The translations under genes and the position numbers were made by a program. This document shows, piece after piece, positions 62,821 to 64,000 of a stretch of 64,000 nucleotides of DNA. Numbering within the stretch: position 1 is the stretch's first letter; the number at the start of each line of letters is the position of its first letter. The DNA lies in assembly GCF_964188315.1 (NCBI RefSeq), contig NC_135670.1, positions 27,280,001 to 27,344,000 of the forward strand, in the 5' to 3' direction. The stretch is from Podarcis muralis (Eukaryota). The notes below the pieces were generated by a model. The model was given only the letters and a program-made list of their open reading frames with translations, had not been told where the DNA came from and ran no database searches.

Positions 62821-63118
62821 CTGTGGAGAGGAGAGAATCAGTGGCCTAGAGGGAACCGGGCTGCCTCTCAGGAGCAGCAAGGCACAAAACACACCTTCAG
62901 GGCCAAACTTGAGGCAAGAAGAGCAAAGGCAAAAATCCGGCTCTTGACAGCGCCCAAAATGCCTGGTCCTTTGCACTTCTGACACGTGGGAACGGGTTCA
63001 GCAGGGCCCTTCTCCTGTGTTGTTGCTTCTACTTACAGAGCCTAACAGATGCTTCTGCAACAGCTCCCCCCCCCCCCCCCCCGAAGGCAGGAAGGTAATG
63101 GGCCTTCCCTGACTGGTA

Positions 63119-63473
63119 CAGTGGTGCCTCGCAAGACGAAATTAATTCGTTCCGCGATTTTTTTCGTCTTGCGATTTTTTTCGTCTTGCAAAGCACAGTG
63201 TCGGGAAAGTTTTGGAAAAGCTTCAAAAATCACCAAAGTCTTTAAAAACCTCAAAAAAGGCTACCACACCGCGTTCTGTGAGTTGCTCCTCGAAGTCAAG
63301 TCGCAACTGTATTAACGGTGTTAAGAAAAAGGTAACAAACTTGCAAGACGTTTCTGTCTTGCGAAGCAAGCCCATAGGGAAAATCGTCTTGCGAAGCAGC
63401 TCAAAAAACAAAAAACCCTTTCGTCTAGCGAGTTTTTTGTCTTGTGAGGCATTCGTCTTGCGAGGTACCACTG
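63119..63473. mobile_element. MITE family 2 variant
   Basis: TIRs with TA TSD; different central segment. Confidence 0.85.
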
Positions 63474-63656
63474 TATTCTGAGGTAGACTGCTTCTGAACC
63501 CAGAGGTTCTATTTAGCCATCCTGCCTCGTACCTGGAGACAGGCCTCGGCTGCTCTGTGAATTCCCTCTCATCTGAGCCAGTGACTGGTGAGGGTCACAG
63601 CTTCTGGGGGCAGTACGGTGCACTGTGAGAGTTAAAAAATTATACTTATCTATATT

Positions 63657-63760
63657 TGGATATGGAACAACTGATTGGTTCAAAATTGGGAAAGGTGTAC
63701 GGCAAGGCTGTATATTGTCTCCCTGCTTATTTAACTTATATGCAGAATTCATCATGCGAG
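63657..63760 (+). mobile_element. RTE-BovB reverse transcriptase fragment
   Basis: GYGTTDWFKIGKGVRQGCILSPCLFNLYAEFIMR is the characteristic BovB RT peptide. Confidence 0.85.
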
Positions 63761-64000
63761 ATGACTGGCAGAATCCGAGATCAGGGAGAAGAGTCGGTGG
63801 AAGAAGATTGGAGGAAATTTAAAATTTATTTACAGAAACATTGTAAAATGTATGAATGCTGATGACATTGAAATGAAATGAAGGGGCTCTAGTAAAAAGA
63901 TAGACAAAAATTATAAATTATAAATTTGGGAGGTAAAATAATTAAGGATAAAGTAATTGGATGAATTTGCTGAACCAACTTTTTAAGAGGGATACAAAAA
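63761..64000 (+). mobile_element. L1/Tx1-like LINE 3' fragment
   Basis: MTGRIRDQGEESVEEDWRKFKIYLQKHC, homologous to the other L1-like fragments. Confidence 0.6.

Overview
Vertebrate genomic DNA from a squamate reptile, probably a lacertid lizard (inferred from the Sauria SINE, BovB, L2, CR1 and Penelope repeats). There are three assembly gaps. Exon models were built by hand from splice sites, with reading-frame continuity checked at every junction. Gene order: CABIN1 (minus; 25 coding exons, 3' end outside the window), head-to-head across a CpG island with DDT (plus; 3 exons, 118 aa, GC-AG intron 2). Next come three intact theta-class glutathione S-transferase genes on the minus strand (A 242 aa, B 257 aa, C 242 aa), then the 3' ten exons of DDX51 (minus). 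Most long ORFs in the supplied track are antisense or repeat-derived artefacts. Main findings: (1) GSTT copy B has a 60-nt symmetric extra exon missing from the ORF track, plus a shortened and remodelled glutathione-site exon. (2) A young Penelope-like insertion in a DDX51 intron carries a complete minimal hammerhead-ribozyme core on the sense strand, inside a perfect 82-bp inverted repeat. (3) A 363-bp TG..CA fold-back element has 89-bp inverted arms and LTR-like signals. (4) A CABIN1 uORF has its stop codon created by splicing, overlapping the main AUG. (5) Several LTR and SINE insertions are nested or have regulatory potential. No wholly new gene system is demonstrable from sequence alone; these are testable candidates.
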